A stretch of DNA of 64,000 nucleotides, taken from NCBI GenBank assembly GCA_040756875.1, contig JBFLYH010000002.1, positions 478,526 through 542,525 of the forward strand. Reading direction: 5' to 3'. A program made the translations under genes and the position numbers. The notes beneath the pieces were generated by a model. It ran no database searches. It had not been told where the DNA came from and saw nothing but the letters and a program-made list of their open reading frames with translations. Position 1 is the first letter of the stretch; each line of letters opens with the position of its first letter. The stretch is from a candidate division FCPU426 bacterium. Lineage in GTDB: Bacteria > Oederibacteriota > JAAXVQ01 > JAUVAV01. Positions 50,063 to 59,626 of the stretch are shown here, in pieces.

Positions 50063-51035
50063 ACATGAGGAGCGCATATGGCTCATCACCAACTTTGATT
50101 TTTGACAACACTTTAAAATCACGGCTATCGATAACCACTACCTCGTTATCTCCGGGAACCGAAATAAAGATTTTTATATTATCATTCGTCATACAAATAT
50201 CGCCGCCACTAATGTCAATTGTTTGTACAATACCCATTTGGGCAGTATCGATTTTAACAAACCTCTTTTTACAAGCAATATAAAGATACTTATCCTTTCC
50301 AAAGAACATACGTACGGCGTCCTCATGTAAAGAGATGGTTTTTTGATCTCTTTTAACCAGATCGTAAATCAACAAACGATCGTTTTTTTGAGAATCCGCA
50401 GGATAATAATATAAAATCGCATAGAGAAGATTACCGTCACCAAAAACGACATCTCGAACGAATTCATTTTTCTTCAAATTTAGAGTCAATGCCACGGCTT
50501 TTGTATCATCAGTCGTGTTTATAACAACCAAGGAACCCGTTTTTCCATAACTAAGATATTTCCCGTCAGGGGAGATATCTAAATACCCCGAGGTAATGTC
50601 ATTTTTGTCTATTACTTTTTCCGCTTTGCTGGCAACTAAATCGATAATATAAATGCCAGAATCAGCTTCCTTGCCCCAGCCAACAAGACCAAGATACATC
50701 TTTTTCCCGTCGGGCGTGATGCGTATTTTTGAAAGTCCCGGCGTTAGAAATCCATCAAACTCAATAGTTTTTTGATATGTGAAGCTGTTCTTTAAATAAA
50801 TATCTATATAGGGGGAATAAACAAAATACAAATCATCCCGAAAAACAGCCATCGCTTGCGCACCGACAACAGAGTTTGGTACAGATTCGATCACCTGATA
50901 AGAATCAACATCAATGACATTGATTGTTGCTGAAAACTTGTCTGCAACTAATAATTTTTCTTTACCACTAGCTACGTCGGGCAGAATTAGAGTAAATAAT
51001 AATCCTATGGTAAGTAAAAATTGTTTTTGCCCCAT
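50055..51035 (-). CDS. Secreted YncE/YVTN-type beta-propeller protein
   Basis: Signal peptide; repeats INVID...VI, ITPDGKKMY, ISPDGKYL, VVVID...KIKVGDEP; stop overlaps the SLT start. Confidence 0.8.
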   Translation of the reverse strand: MGQKQFLLTIGLLFTLILPDVASGKEKLLVADKFSATINVIDVDSYQVIESVPNSVVGAQAMAVFRDDLYFVYSPYIDIYLKNSFTYQKTIEFDGFLTPGLSKIRITPDGKKMYLGLVGWGKEADSGIYIIDLVASKAEKVIDKNDITSGYLDISPDGKYLSYGKTGSLVVINTTDDTKAVALTLNLKKNEFVRDVVFGDGNLLYAILYYYPADSQKNDRLLIYDLVKRDQKTISLHEDAVRMFFGKDKYLYIACKKRFVKIDTAQMGIVQTIDISGGDICMTNDNIKIFISVPGDNEVVVIDSRDFKVLSKIKVGDEPYALLMYE

Positions 51036-51130
51036 AACCTTTTCTCCGCTATCTGGTAAATAAAATTTACTTCCGTATAATCCCACCAAAGCCGTTATTC
51101 AATCTGCAACTACTTCTGATTATTAACTTG

Positions 51131-51544
51131 TCACCGCAAGGTGAATACGATTTGCTTGTCGTCCTGCTGCAGCACTACTTGGTTGGAATTATACACCCGG
51201 CCGGTCACGCCGGGAACCGGCTGCTGGTTCTCCTGGTACAGTTTCTCGTTCTTCAACAGGTAGCCGAAGCGCGGCCCGGTCTGCGAAACGAACAGGGCCA
51301 GGCTCCGCCGGGGATTGCTGATCACGCCGGTCAGCCGCAGGTTGGCGATCTCCACCTTACCCATGACGTTGCGCAGGCGTCCGGCCTGGGGCTGCACGAA
51401 GGGGTCGCGGCGGCCGCGGCTCTCGTAAACCGGGCGCGGCGCGCCGGCCGGATTTTCCTGCGCAGCCGCGGGCCAGGGGCACGACAGCCCCGCGGCCAGG
51501 GCCACGGCGAACCAGCGAAAGACGCTACGGTTGCGAACGCACAT
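51131..51544 (-). CDS. pilP: PilP-like type IV pilus assembly protein
   Basis: Position after pilO; YESRGRRDPF motif; LRLTGVI..ALF beta domain. Confidence 0.7.
   Translation of the reverse strand: MCVRNRSVFRWFAVALAAGLSCPWPAAAQENPAGAPRPVYESRGRRDPFVQPQAGRLRNVMGKVEIANLRLTGVISNPRRSLALFVSQTGPRFGYLLKNEKLYQENQQPVPGVTGRVYNSNQVVLQQDDKQIVFTLR
51135..51155 (+). repeat. 21-bp direct repeat, copy 2 (within the pilP 3' end)
   Basis: CGCAAGGTGAATACGATTTGC; minus strand reads QIVFTLR-TGA. Confidence 0.92.
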
Positions 51545-52076
51545 AAGTCACCAAAGTCATTTCGGCGGACACGGAACCGGTCCCGCCGGTCTGATCGCGC
51601 CCGGTCAGCTGCAGTTCGCGGGCCACGGCCAGCCGCTGGAGTTCGGCCAGGCGGCTGACAAACCGCCCGATATCGTGGTAGTTGCCGCTGATGGTCAGGC
51701 GCACGGCCTGGACCGAATAACGCGCATCCTCCGGATTCGGGGCCAGCGGCTGCGGCGTAAACTGCAGGTTGCTCAGGTTGCACTCCGCCGCGATCCGCGT
51801 GACGTCCTTCAGCAGCTCCGGAATCCGCGGCTGGGCCGGCAGGCGACGGTCCAGCTTTTCGAACTGCAGCCGCGCCGTTTCCACCTCGGCGCTCAGCTCG
51901 GGAAAACGGGCTACCATTTCCTGCGCCTGTTTCCAGGCCTGCTCCTGGCCGGTCAGCAGGCGGCGGTGTTCGGCCAGGCGCCGGGACAGCGGCAGATACG
52001 CGAACAGCAGGTACAGAACCAGCACCGCCACCACCGCGGCGCCGATACCCAGGTACAGCCACCATTCGCGCTTCAC
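51525..52076 (-). CDS. pilO: Type IV pilus assembly protein PilO
   Basis: TM helix, coiled coil, LPAQPRIPELL, GNYHDIGRFVSRL. Confidence 0.88.
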   Translation of the reverse strand: MKREWWLYLGIGAAVVAVLVLYLLFAYLPLSRRLAEHRRLLTGQEQAWKQAQEMVARFPELSAEVETARLQFEKLDRRLPAQPRIPELLKDVTRIAAECNLSNLQFTPQPLAPNPEDARYSVQAVRLTISGNYHDIGRFVSRLAELQRLAVARELQLTGRDQTGGTGSVSAEMTLVTYVRSQP

Positions 52077-52654
52077 GGTTTGGCCTCCGCCGGCGCGGGG
52101 GCGGGTGCATACGCCAGCTTGATCTTGAACTGAACCTGGACCTGATCGTCCGCCGACACCTCGGCCAGGGATTCCAGCATGACGTCGCGGAAACGGCCCG
52201 AGCCTTCCAGCCCGGTCAGAAAATCCGCCACGGAGATTTTATGATAGGCGCGCCCTTCCAGCGTCAGCTGGGGCGGATCCGTTTCCTTGGCCTGCTGCGA
52301 CGTCAGCTTGGTCAGCCACATGTCCGGCTGCACGTGTTCGGACAACTGGTCCAAAATGCTGATCCAGACCGCCTGCGGAACCGTCAGGGACCCCGCCAGG
52401 CGCTTCAGCTCGCCCTGCTTCTTTTCCTGTTCAGCCAGGTGCCGCACCGGTCCCAGCTGGTCCGCCAGCGAAGCCTCGGCGGCCTGGAGCTTCAGCCGCT
52501 GCGCGTCCAGCCGCCGGGTTTGCGACAGCAGGCTGAGCAGCTGCAGCACCAGCAGCAGGGCCAGGACCGAAAGTCCGATGATCAGGTAGGTGGTCAGCTG
52601 CACCACCACCTTGGTTTTGCGGACTTTGAGGGGCAGCAGGTTGATTTTGATCAT
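52073..52654 (-). CDS. pilN: Type IV pilus assembly protein PilN
   Basis: MIKINLLP, TM helix, coiled coil, W..IL..LS...PDMWLT. Confidence 0.9.
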   Translation of the reverse strand: MIKINLLPLKVRKTKVVVQLTTYLIIGLSVLALLLVLQLLSLLSQTRRLDAQRLKLQAAEASLADQLGPVRHLAEQEKKQGELKRLAGSLTVPQAVWISILDQLSEHVQPDMWLTKLTSQQAKETDPPQLTLEGRAYHKISVADFLTGLEGSGRFRDVMLESLAEVSADDQVQVQFKIKLAYAPAPAPAEAKP

Positions 52655-52657
52655 GCG

Positions 52658-53764
52658 CTACTCCGGACTGCGCAGCGCCAAGCCCACGGCGATGTTGAAC
52701 ATCTGGGCGTTGCGCTGAATGAAATCCAGGTCGAACTTCTTGTCCGGGATCAGTATTTCCTTGAAGGGATCGTTGATCTCGACTTTCAGATTGAATTTTT
52801 CCGCCAGGTACTTGTCGAGGTTCTTGAGGCGGGCCGCGCCGCCGGAGAGGACGATGCGCGAAATGGGTTTTTTACGGATCGTGGATTCGTAGTAATCGAA
52901 GGAGCGCTGGATCTCGGCCACCAGCTTGTTGAGCACCGGCGAGATCGCCTCGCCGATCCGGGTGGCATTGTCCTCTTTCTTGGAAATCTCCATCTGCAGG
53001 AGGTCCTCGGACTCCACCAGCACCTGCCCCTCCTGGTTCTTGAGCTCTTCGGCCTGGGCGAAGGTCACGTCGAACTCCCGCTGGATTTCGCGGGTGAAAT
53101 TATTGCCCGCCACGGCCACGTCGCGGGTAAGGTGGGTCACGCCGTTTTCCAAAATGTTAATAGTCGTCAGCTTTGCGCCCACGTTGATGAGGCTGATGGT
53201 TTCGTCGGGAATGCGGCCGTAGTTGGTTTCGAAGGCGTTTTGCAGGGCAAAGGTATCCACGTCGATCACGGACGGAGAGAGGCCGGCCATCTGCAGCAGG
53301 TGGATGTGCTGGTCAATGACGTCCTCTTTGGCCGCCACCAGCAGCACCTCGAGTTTCTGGGCGCCTTCCTCCTCCACCTCGCCCAGGATTTCGAAATCCA
53401 GCACCATCTGGTCGATGGCCAGGGGAATGTATTGCTCCGCCTCGTAGTTGATGACGTTTTTCAGCTCCTCCTCGGGCATGTGCGGCATTTTCACGTAGCG
53501 CACAATCACCGAGTCGCCGGAGATCGCGGTGACCACTTGTTTGGCGGTTATCTGGTTGTCTTTGAAGAGTTGTTTCAGCGTGCGGGCCAGGAGTTCGTCG
53601 CGGACCGCGGGGTCCGCTTCCTCCTGGATTTCAGGCGGCACTTCCAGGAAGGCGAGGTTGACCAGCTGGAGTTGTTCCGGGGTTTTTTTTAGCTGTACGG
53701 CCTTGATCGTGTGCGTGCCGATATCCAGGCCGATCAGGTTCTGGCTTTTGAGAAATTGAAACAC
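52658..53764 (-). CDS. pilM: Type IV pilus assembly protein PilM
   Basis: IGLDIGTHTIK, EAEQYIP, LVAAK, DVDTFAL, INVGA, LSGGAA, AVGLALR; GTG start with GGAGAGG. Confidence 0.93.
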   Translation of the reverse strand: MFQFLKSQNLIGLDIGTHTIKAVQLKKTPEQLQLVNLAFLEVPPEIQEEADPAVRDELLARTLKQLFKDNQITAKQVVTAISGDSVIVRYVKMPHMPEEELKNVINYEAEQYIPLAIDQMVLDFEILGEVEEEGAQKLEVLLVAAKEDVIDQHIHLLQMAGLSPSVIDVDTFALQNAFETNYGRIPDETISLINVGAKLTTINILENGVTHLTRDVAVAGNNFTREIQREFDVTFAQAEELKNQEGQVLVESEDLLQMEISKKEDNATRIGEAISPVLNKLVAEIQRSFDYYESTIRKKPISRIVLSGGAARLKNLDKYLAEKFNLKVEINDPFKEILIPDKKFDLDFIQRNAQMFNIAVGLALRSPE

Positions 53765-53872
53765 TCGGGTCTCCTCTCCCAAAGCTACCAACAACCTGAA
53801 TGGGGGCCCCCGGACGCTGCCTTCCCGCCAGGAGGACGTGTATCAACCCTGAAAAAACAATACTTTTTTTTC

Positions 53873-53902
53873 ATCATAAATGAAAAGGCATTGAAAAATC
53901 AA
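53873..53902 (-). promoter_or_regulatory. Putative sigma70 promoter of pilMNOPQ
   Basis: Minus strand TTGATT-N18-TATGAT in the AT-rich intergenic region. Confidence 0.45.
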
Positions 53903-53984
53903 CCGAAAAAGAGATTTTCGTATAAATGGCCTAAAACGCTTTTACCCCGGAAGAATGCGCTTGATTTACTTGGGTTTTATTAGA

Positions 53985-54014
53985 TGAAAATAAATCCCCC
54001 ACGATACTGTGGGG
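53985..54014 (-). terminator. Putative intrinsic terminator after the prepilin gene
   Basis: Minus strand CCCCAC-agtatc-GTGGGG followed by gATTTATTTT. Confidence 0.5.
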
Positions 54015-54021
54015 TTATGGC

Positions 54022-54516
54022 TCATTGATAGCCATAGGTTGTATAGGATTGGCCCTTGGTATCTGTAAGCGAACTGTTGATCCAGATCCGGCCGGTATTG
54101 GATTGCATGGGACCGTCGTATCTCCAACCCGCGCCTTCGCTGCCGGGCTTTCCCAAATCAGGTTCATCGGAAAAGGATTTGTAGGTGACGGTATTCCCGG
54201 CCGGGCCTTTCGAGCGGTCCGGTGGAAAGGTGACTTTGACTTTTGGCATGACCGGAAGATATTCGCCGAACCCGTACCCCGGCGTATGGTCATTGACATC
54301 CAGGGTGGTGGGCCACACGCCCTCGTGATCGCCGTAATAGATGGAGATCGCGGCCTTGATCGCGGCAATGTTGGCCCGCGTAGCCGACTCGTTCGCCTTT
54401 TCGCGCCAGGTCTGCAGATAAGGATAAGCCAGGGCGGCTATGATCCCCAGGATCGCGGCCATGACCGCCAGTTCAATAAAGGTAAAGCCCGCTTCCGGTC
54501 TCCGGCAACTCCGCAT
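54022..54516 (-). CDS. Type IV prepilin / GspG-like pseudopilin
   Basis: Class III signal AG|FTFIEL with hydrophobic helix ILGIIAALAYP; AI.IYYGD.EG.WP. Confidence 0.88.
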   Translation of the reverse strand: MRSCRRPEAGFTFIELAVMAAILGIIAALAYPYLQTWREKANESATRANIAAIKAAISIYYGDHEGVWPTTLDVNDHTPGYGFGEYLPVMPKVKVTFPPDRSKGPAGNTVTYKSFSDEPDLGKPGSEGAGWRYDGPMQSNTGRIWINSSLTDTKGQSYTTYGYQ

Positions 54517-54521
54517 GATTG

Positions 54522-55586
54522 CTACATGGTTCCTTTCACCAATTGCTGCAAATCCCGCGGGTCCGTGGTCCGCGAAAAAATCTCGTTGTAGGTCACCAGT
54601 TGTTTTTGGTACAGCTCGTAGAGGGCCTGATTCATGGTCTGCATGCCGTACTCGCCGCCGGTCTGCATCAGCGAATACACCTGGTGTTCCTTCTCTTCGC
54701 GGATCAGGCTCCGGACCGCGGAGGTTGGGATCAGAATCTCGCAGGCCAGCACCCGGCCGGAAGCGTACCCGCGCGGAAGCAATTGCTGGATCAGCACCGC
54801 CTGGAGCACCAGGGACAGCTGCATGCGGACGCGGTATTGCTGGTGCGGTTCGAACGCGTCCACGATCTGGGTGATGGCCTGGACCGAATCCGTGACCGGC
54901 AGGGCTCCGAACACCAGATGCCCGGTCTCCGCCAGCCGCAAGGCCGTGCGCAGGGTGTCGAGGTCGGTCATTTCGCCGAGCAGCACCACGTCGGGGTCGC
55001 AGGAGCGGGTGCTTTTCAGCGCCAGGGTTTGGTTCGGGCTGTCATAACCGATTTCCCGCTGATGCACGATGGCCTTGGCTTTGGCATGCTGGTATTCGAT
55101 CGGATCTTCCAGGGTCAGCACATGCACGGATTTGTTCTGGTTGATCCATTCCACCATGGCGGCCAGGGTGGTGGATTTCCCGGAACCCGTCGGGCCGGCC
55201 ACGATCACCAGGCCTTTGGGCAGCTGGACGATGTCGGAGATGATGGGCGGCAGTCCCAACTCCTCGAACGTGGGCAATTGCAGGGGAATGCCGCGCAGGT
55301 TGGCCGCCACCATGCCGCGCTGTTTGATGACCTGCATGCGGACCCGCCCGATATTCTCCAGGCTGAAGGACACTTTGAGCTCCGCATCCCGCTCGAAACG
55401 GGCGCGCTGCTCGTCCGTAAGCACGCTGAACACCAAGGCCGCGCAGGCCGTGGGCTGCAGCACTTCCAGGTCCGTGGGAACCAGTTCGCCGTCGATGCGC
55501 AGGGCCGGGGGGGAATCAGGGGAGAGATGCAGATCCGAGGCTTTCTTCTCGAACATCAGCCGAATCAAGGCATCCATGGTCAGCAT
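54522..55586 (-). CDS. pilT: PilT/PilU-family retraction ATPase, divergent
   Basis: ASDLHL, RIDG, GPTGSGKSTTLAAM, TLEDPIEY, QREIG, DPDV..GE, AETGHLV, AVRSLIRE, GMQTM. Confidence 0.85.
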   Translation of the reverse strand: MLTMDALIRLMFEKKASDLHLSPDSPPALRIDGELVPTDLEVLQPTACAALVFSVLTDEQRARFERDAELKVSFSLENIGRVRMQVIKQRGMVAANLRGIPLQLPTFEELGLPPIISDIVQLPKGLVIVAGPTGSGKSTTLAAMVEWINQNKSVHVLTLEDPIEYQHAKAKAIVHQREIGYDSPNQTLALKSTRSCDPDVVLLGEMTDLDTLRTALRLAETGHLVFGALPVTDSVQAITQIVDAFEPHQQYRVRMQLSLVLQAVLIQQLLPRGYASGRVLACEILIPTSAVRSLIREEKEHQVYSLMQTGGEYGMQTMNQALYELYQKQLVTYNEIFSRTTDPRDLQQLVKGTM

Positions 55587-55630
55587 AAAGAGGCCCTCCG
55601 CAGCGTTTGCCAATGGGGCAAACTCATTTC

Positions 55631-55659
55631 ACCTTACACTAAGTAACGGTGTTTTTCAA
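55631..55659 (-). promoter_or_regulatory. Putative promoter of the pilT-prepilin pair
   Basis: Minus strand TTGAAA-N17-TAAGGT. Confidence 0.35.
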
Positions 55660-56552
55660 ATCTCTTTTAACCCGCCGGCGGACAGCAATGCTTCCTGCAT
55701 AAGCTTCACGGGCGGTTGTTTGCCCGTCCACAGCCGGAAAGCCTCGGCGCCCTGGCCCAGCAGCATTTTCCAACCCGGAACCACGCGGTTCCGGCGGCGT
55801 TTGGCCAATCGCAGAAACGGCGTCAGCTGTCTGCCATACACCAAGTCATAGACGCAAATGCCTTCCGGCATCCATGGCTCGGGCAGGGGCAGGGGGTCCC
55901 TGGCTTGCAGTCCCAGGGGAGTGGCCTGCACCAGCAAGGCGCACCGGTCCAGGGCACTCCGCAGTTCCGCGGTTCCCGGACGCGCCGCCACGACGGCGGA
56001 ATAGCCCAGCCGCTGCTTCAAGTCGCGGATCAGGCGGTTCCGGCGTCCTGAATCCGGCTCCACCAAGGTGATCCGGGCCGCGCCGGCCTGAGCCAGTGAA
56101 AACGCCACAGCACGTCCCGCGCCGCCGCCGCCCAACAGCACGACCTGCAGGCCCTGCGGCGCCAATATGCCTTTCAGGCTGGCCAGGAACCCGAACCCGT
56201 CCGTATTGTGCCCGATCCAGCGGCCAGCGCGGCACACCACCGTATTGACCGCCCCCATGACGCTCGCGCTGGCGGCCAGTCCGTCGAGCAGCGGGATGAC
56301 GGCTTCCTTGTGCGGGACCGTGATGTTCAAGCCCGCGGGCTCCAGCGGCCGCAGGCCCCGGCAAAAAGCGGCCAAGCCGGCTGGCGACACTCCCAAGGGC
56401 AGGTAGGCGACGTTCAAGCCGTGATGTCTGAACGCCGCGTTCTGCATGGCCGGGGACAGGGTATGCCCGATGGGCCAGCCCACCACGCCGGCCAGGCGGG
56501 TGTGCCCGTTGATTCCCGTTTTTTCCCGCTGTGAAGCAATGCGCTTGTTCAT
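55656..56552 (-). CDS. aroE: Shikimate dehydrogenase
   Basis: GWPIGHTLSPAMQN, NITVPHK, AVNT, NTDG, GGGGAG, DLVY, MLLGQG. Confidence 0.93.
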   Translation of the reverse strand: MNKRIASQREKTGINGHTRLAGVVGWPIGHTLSPAMQNAAFRHHGLNVAYLPLGVSPAGLAAFCRGLRPLEPAGLNITVPHKEAVIPLLDGLAASASVMGAVNTVVCRAGRWIGHNTDGFGFLASLKGILAPQGLQVVLLGGGGAGRAVAFSLAQAGAARITLVEPDSGRRNRLIRDLKQRLGYSAVVAARPGTAELRSALDRCALLVQATPLGLQARDPLPLPEPWMPEGICVYDLVYGRQLTPFLRLAKRRRNRVVPGWKMLLGQGAEAFRLWTGKQPPVKLMQEALLSAGGLKEI

Positions 56553-57289
56553 CCCAGGTCTCCCCATAAAAATTGCGCCAAGGCCACGGCCACGATGCCC
56601 GCGGTTTCCGTGCGGAGGATGCGCGGGCCCATTCCCAGCGTCCGCAGGCCGCGCTGACGGGCCAGCGCCAGTTCTTCAGGCGCAAATCCGCCCTCCGGAC
56701 CCACCCACAACCCCACGGTTTTCGGCGCTTGGCCGACCAGGCCGGTTGCGTTCAAGGCCGGGGCCGCGCTGTCTTCGTCCAGAATCAGCCCCAGACCGCC
56801 GGCTGGTAGGTCTTCAAGACTGGCGGCAAACGTCAACGGCGGGCTCACTTCAGGCAACCGGGTGCGCCCGCACTGGCGCGCAGCCTGGCGCACGATCTCC
56901 TCCCACCGGCGCTGCTGGGGATGGGGCCCCGGAGCCCAGGCGCCCTGGGAACGGGCGGCCACCACGGGCACGAAACGGGACAGTCCCAGTTCCGTGGCTT
57001 TTTGCAGGACCAGCTCCAACTTGCTGCCGCGCGCCATTCCCTGGTACAGGGTCAGGGACAACGCCGACTCGGCGTTTCGCCCTGTCTCCGCTCCCAGCTC
57101 GATCTCCACGAAGCGCCGGTCCCACCGGACCAGCGTGGCGGCGACTTCCCGCCCCTGGCCGTCGGTGACCAGCAGGGCTTCCCCGACTTTCAGGCGCAGG
57201 CTGCGGCAATGGTGCAGTTCGGGACCGGTCAGGCGCAAAGATCTTTCGGCCAACTGCTGTGGCGTGAGCACCAGGCGCGGCAGGGACAT
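56549..57289 (-). CDS. rsmE: 16S rRNA m3U1498 methyltransferase
   Basis: QKATELG, AARQCGR, VGPEGGF, GPRILRTETA. Confidence 0.94.
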   Translation of the reverse strand: MSLPRLVLTPQQLAERSLRLTGPELHHCRSLRLKVGEALLVTDGQGREVAATLVRWDRRFVEIELGAETGRNAESALSLTLYQGMARGSKLELVLQKATELGLSRFVPVVAARSQGAWAPGPHPQQRRWEEIVRQAARQCGRTRLPEVSPPLTFAASLEDLPAGGLGLILDEDSAAPALNATGLVGQAPKTVGLWVGPEGGFAPEELALARQRGLRTLGMGPRILRTETAGIVAVALAQFLWGDLG

Positions 57290-57299
57290 GGACGGCCCG

Positions 57300-58355
57300 T
57301 CACCACGCGGGGTCGAAGCAGGTTCCGTTTTGGGTCAGGCGGCGCTGGCGGGTGCCGTTGATGCTCATGATCCAAACATCCGAGGCCACCGCCTGGTCTC
57401 CCGATCCCACCTGGCCTTCATGGGTGACGCCCATGATGCAGGCGATCTGGTTGCAACTGGGCGAGAACGACGGGCAGGAAAGTTCGCCGGAAAAATCCTG
57501 GGGAACCACGGTGTATACCTGAAGGTCGAGCCCAAAGGACTTTGACATGACGATGATGATCTTGTCCAGTTCAAACGCCACCAACTGACCGTCATAGGAC
57601 CAAACGATCGACCCCAGGTGGAAAGACCCCTTTTGAAAGGGACGCATGAGGTCGGTTTCCATCTTGCCATCCCGGCGGATAGTGCCCACATGCAGGACAT
57701 TGTCCTTCTTGGCCGGGCCGGAGCCGCCCAAATAAGACAGGTCCGGTGACAGGGAGTGCACTTCGGTCAGGAAACTGTTCTTGGGCAGGCGGATGGTTTC
57801 CACCTGGGAGCCGGTGGCCACATCATACCCGTAGAGAATCGAGGGAAAATCGATTTCCTGCACGTACAGCACTGTGTTGTCCGGTTTCCAGCAGGCCCGC
57901 AGCCGGCGGGCGTCAATCCGCTTGCCGCTTACCACGGCCCGCGCGCCGCTGCCGTCGGCCTGCATGACCATCAGCGACACCTCGTCGCCCAGGGGGCGAT
58001 CGTCCGGATATTGATAAAAAACGATTTGGGTGTGCTGCAGGTTCCAAACCGGGCGGGTTTTATAGCCTGCATCGCGCGTGAGCTGGACGATGTCCGTTCC
58101 ATCCGGCTTGATCGAAAAAATCTGCGCCTGGCCGCCGGCCATGGCCACGTACAGGATGCGCGCGGTGTCATCCACGCCGGCCAGGTATTTGGACAATCCC
58201 GACCGCTGCAATTCCGCCTGGCGCTTGATCGCCCGTGCTTTTTTGAACCGTTCGGCGGTGTAGCTGCCCTCCTGCATGGGATTGCAGGCCGAAAGCGACC
58301 AGGCCAAACCGGCCAGCATCCATCCGACGAGCAGACGGCGCAGAAGGTTGGTCAT
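57300..58355 (-). CDS. TolB-like (PD40) beta-propeller lipoprotein
   Basis: Lipobox LSA-C; QIFSIKPDGT..QLT, WSYDG, PSFSP, VWIMSING...RLT...DPAW. Confidence 0.75.
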   Translation of the reverse strand: MTNLLRRLLVGWMLAGLAWSLSACNPMQEGSYTAERFKKARAIKRQAELQRSGLSKYLAGVDDTARILYVAMAGGQAQIFSIKPDGTDIVQLTRDAGYKTRPVWNLQHTQIVFYQYPDDRPLGDEVSLMVMQADGSGARAVVSGKRIDARRLRACWKPDNTVLYVQEIDFPSILYGYDVATGSQVETIRLPKNSFLTEVHSLSPDLSYLGGSGPAKKDNVLHVGTIRRDGKMETDLMRPFQKGSFHLGSIVWSYDGQLVAFELDKIIIVMSKSFGLDLQVYTVVPQDFSGELSCPSFSPSCNQIACIMGVTHEGQVGSGDQAVASDVWIMSINGTRQRRLTQNGTCFDPAW

Positions 58356-58380
58356 GATATAAAGCTCCTCTCCTCGGGCC

Positions 58381-59544
<1,164 letters not shown>

Positions 59545-59546
59545 TT

Positions 59547-59593
59547 AATAAAAAGACCGCGGGCGCGGCCGGTTGGCTCGACGCGCCGCGGTC
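59547..59593 (-). terminator. Intrinsic terminator-like hairpin between dnaK and dnaJ
   Basis: Minus strand GACCGCGGCGCG...CGCGCCCGCGGTC followed by TTTTTATT. Confidence 0.6.
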
Positions 59594-59626
59594 AGAAAAT
59601 CACCGTGACCCCCCCCGACGGTCCGA

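Larger units (their letters stand above)
48508..51155 (-). mobile_element. AT-rich two-gene cassette inserted at the pilP 3' end; no integrase
   Basis: Exact 21-bp direct repeats coincide with the GC-to-AT transitions on both sides. Confidence 0.85.

Noticed and set aside
53765-53870. c-di-GMP or other riboswitch in the pilM leader
   Set aside because: A GC-rich hairpin is possible, but I could not find the conserved motifs of known riboswitch classes
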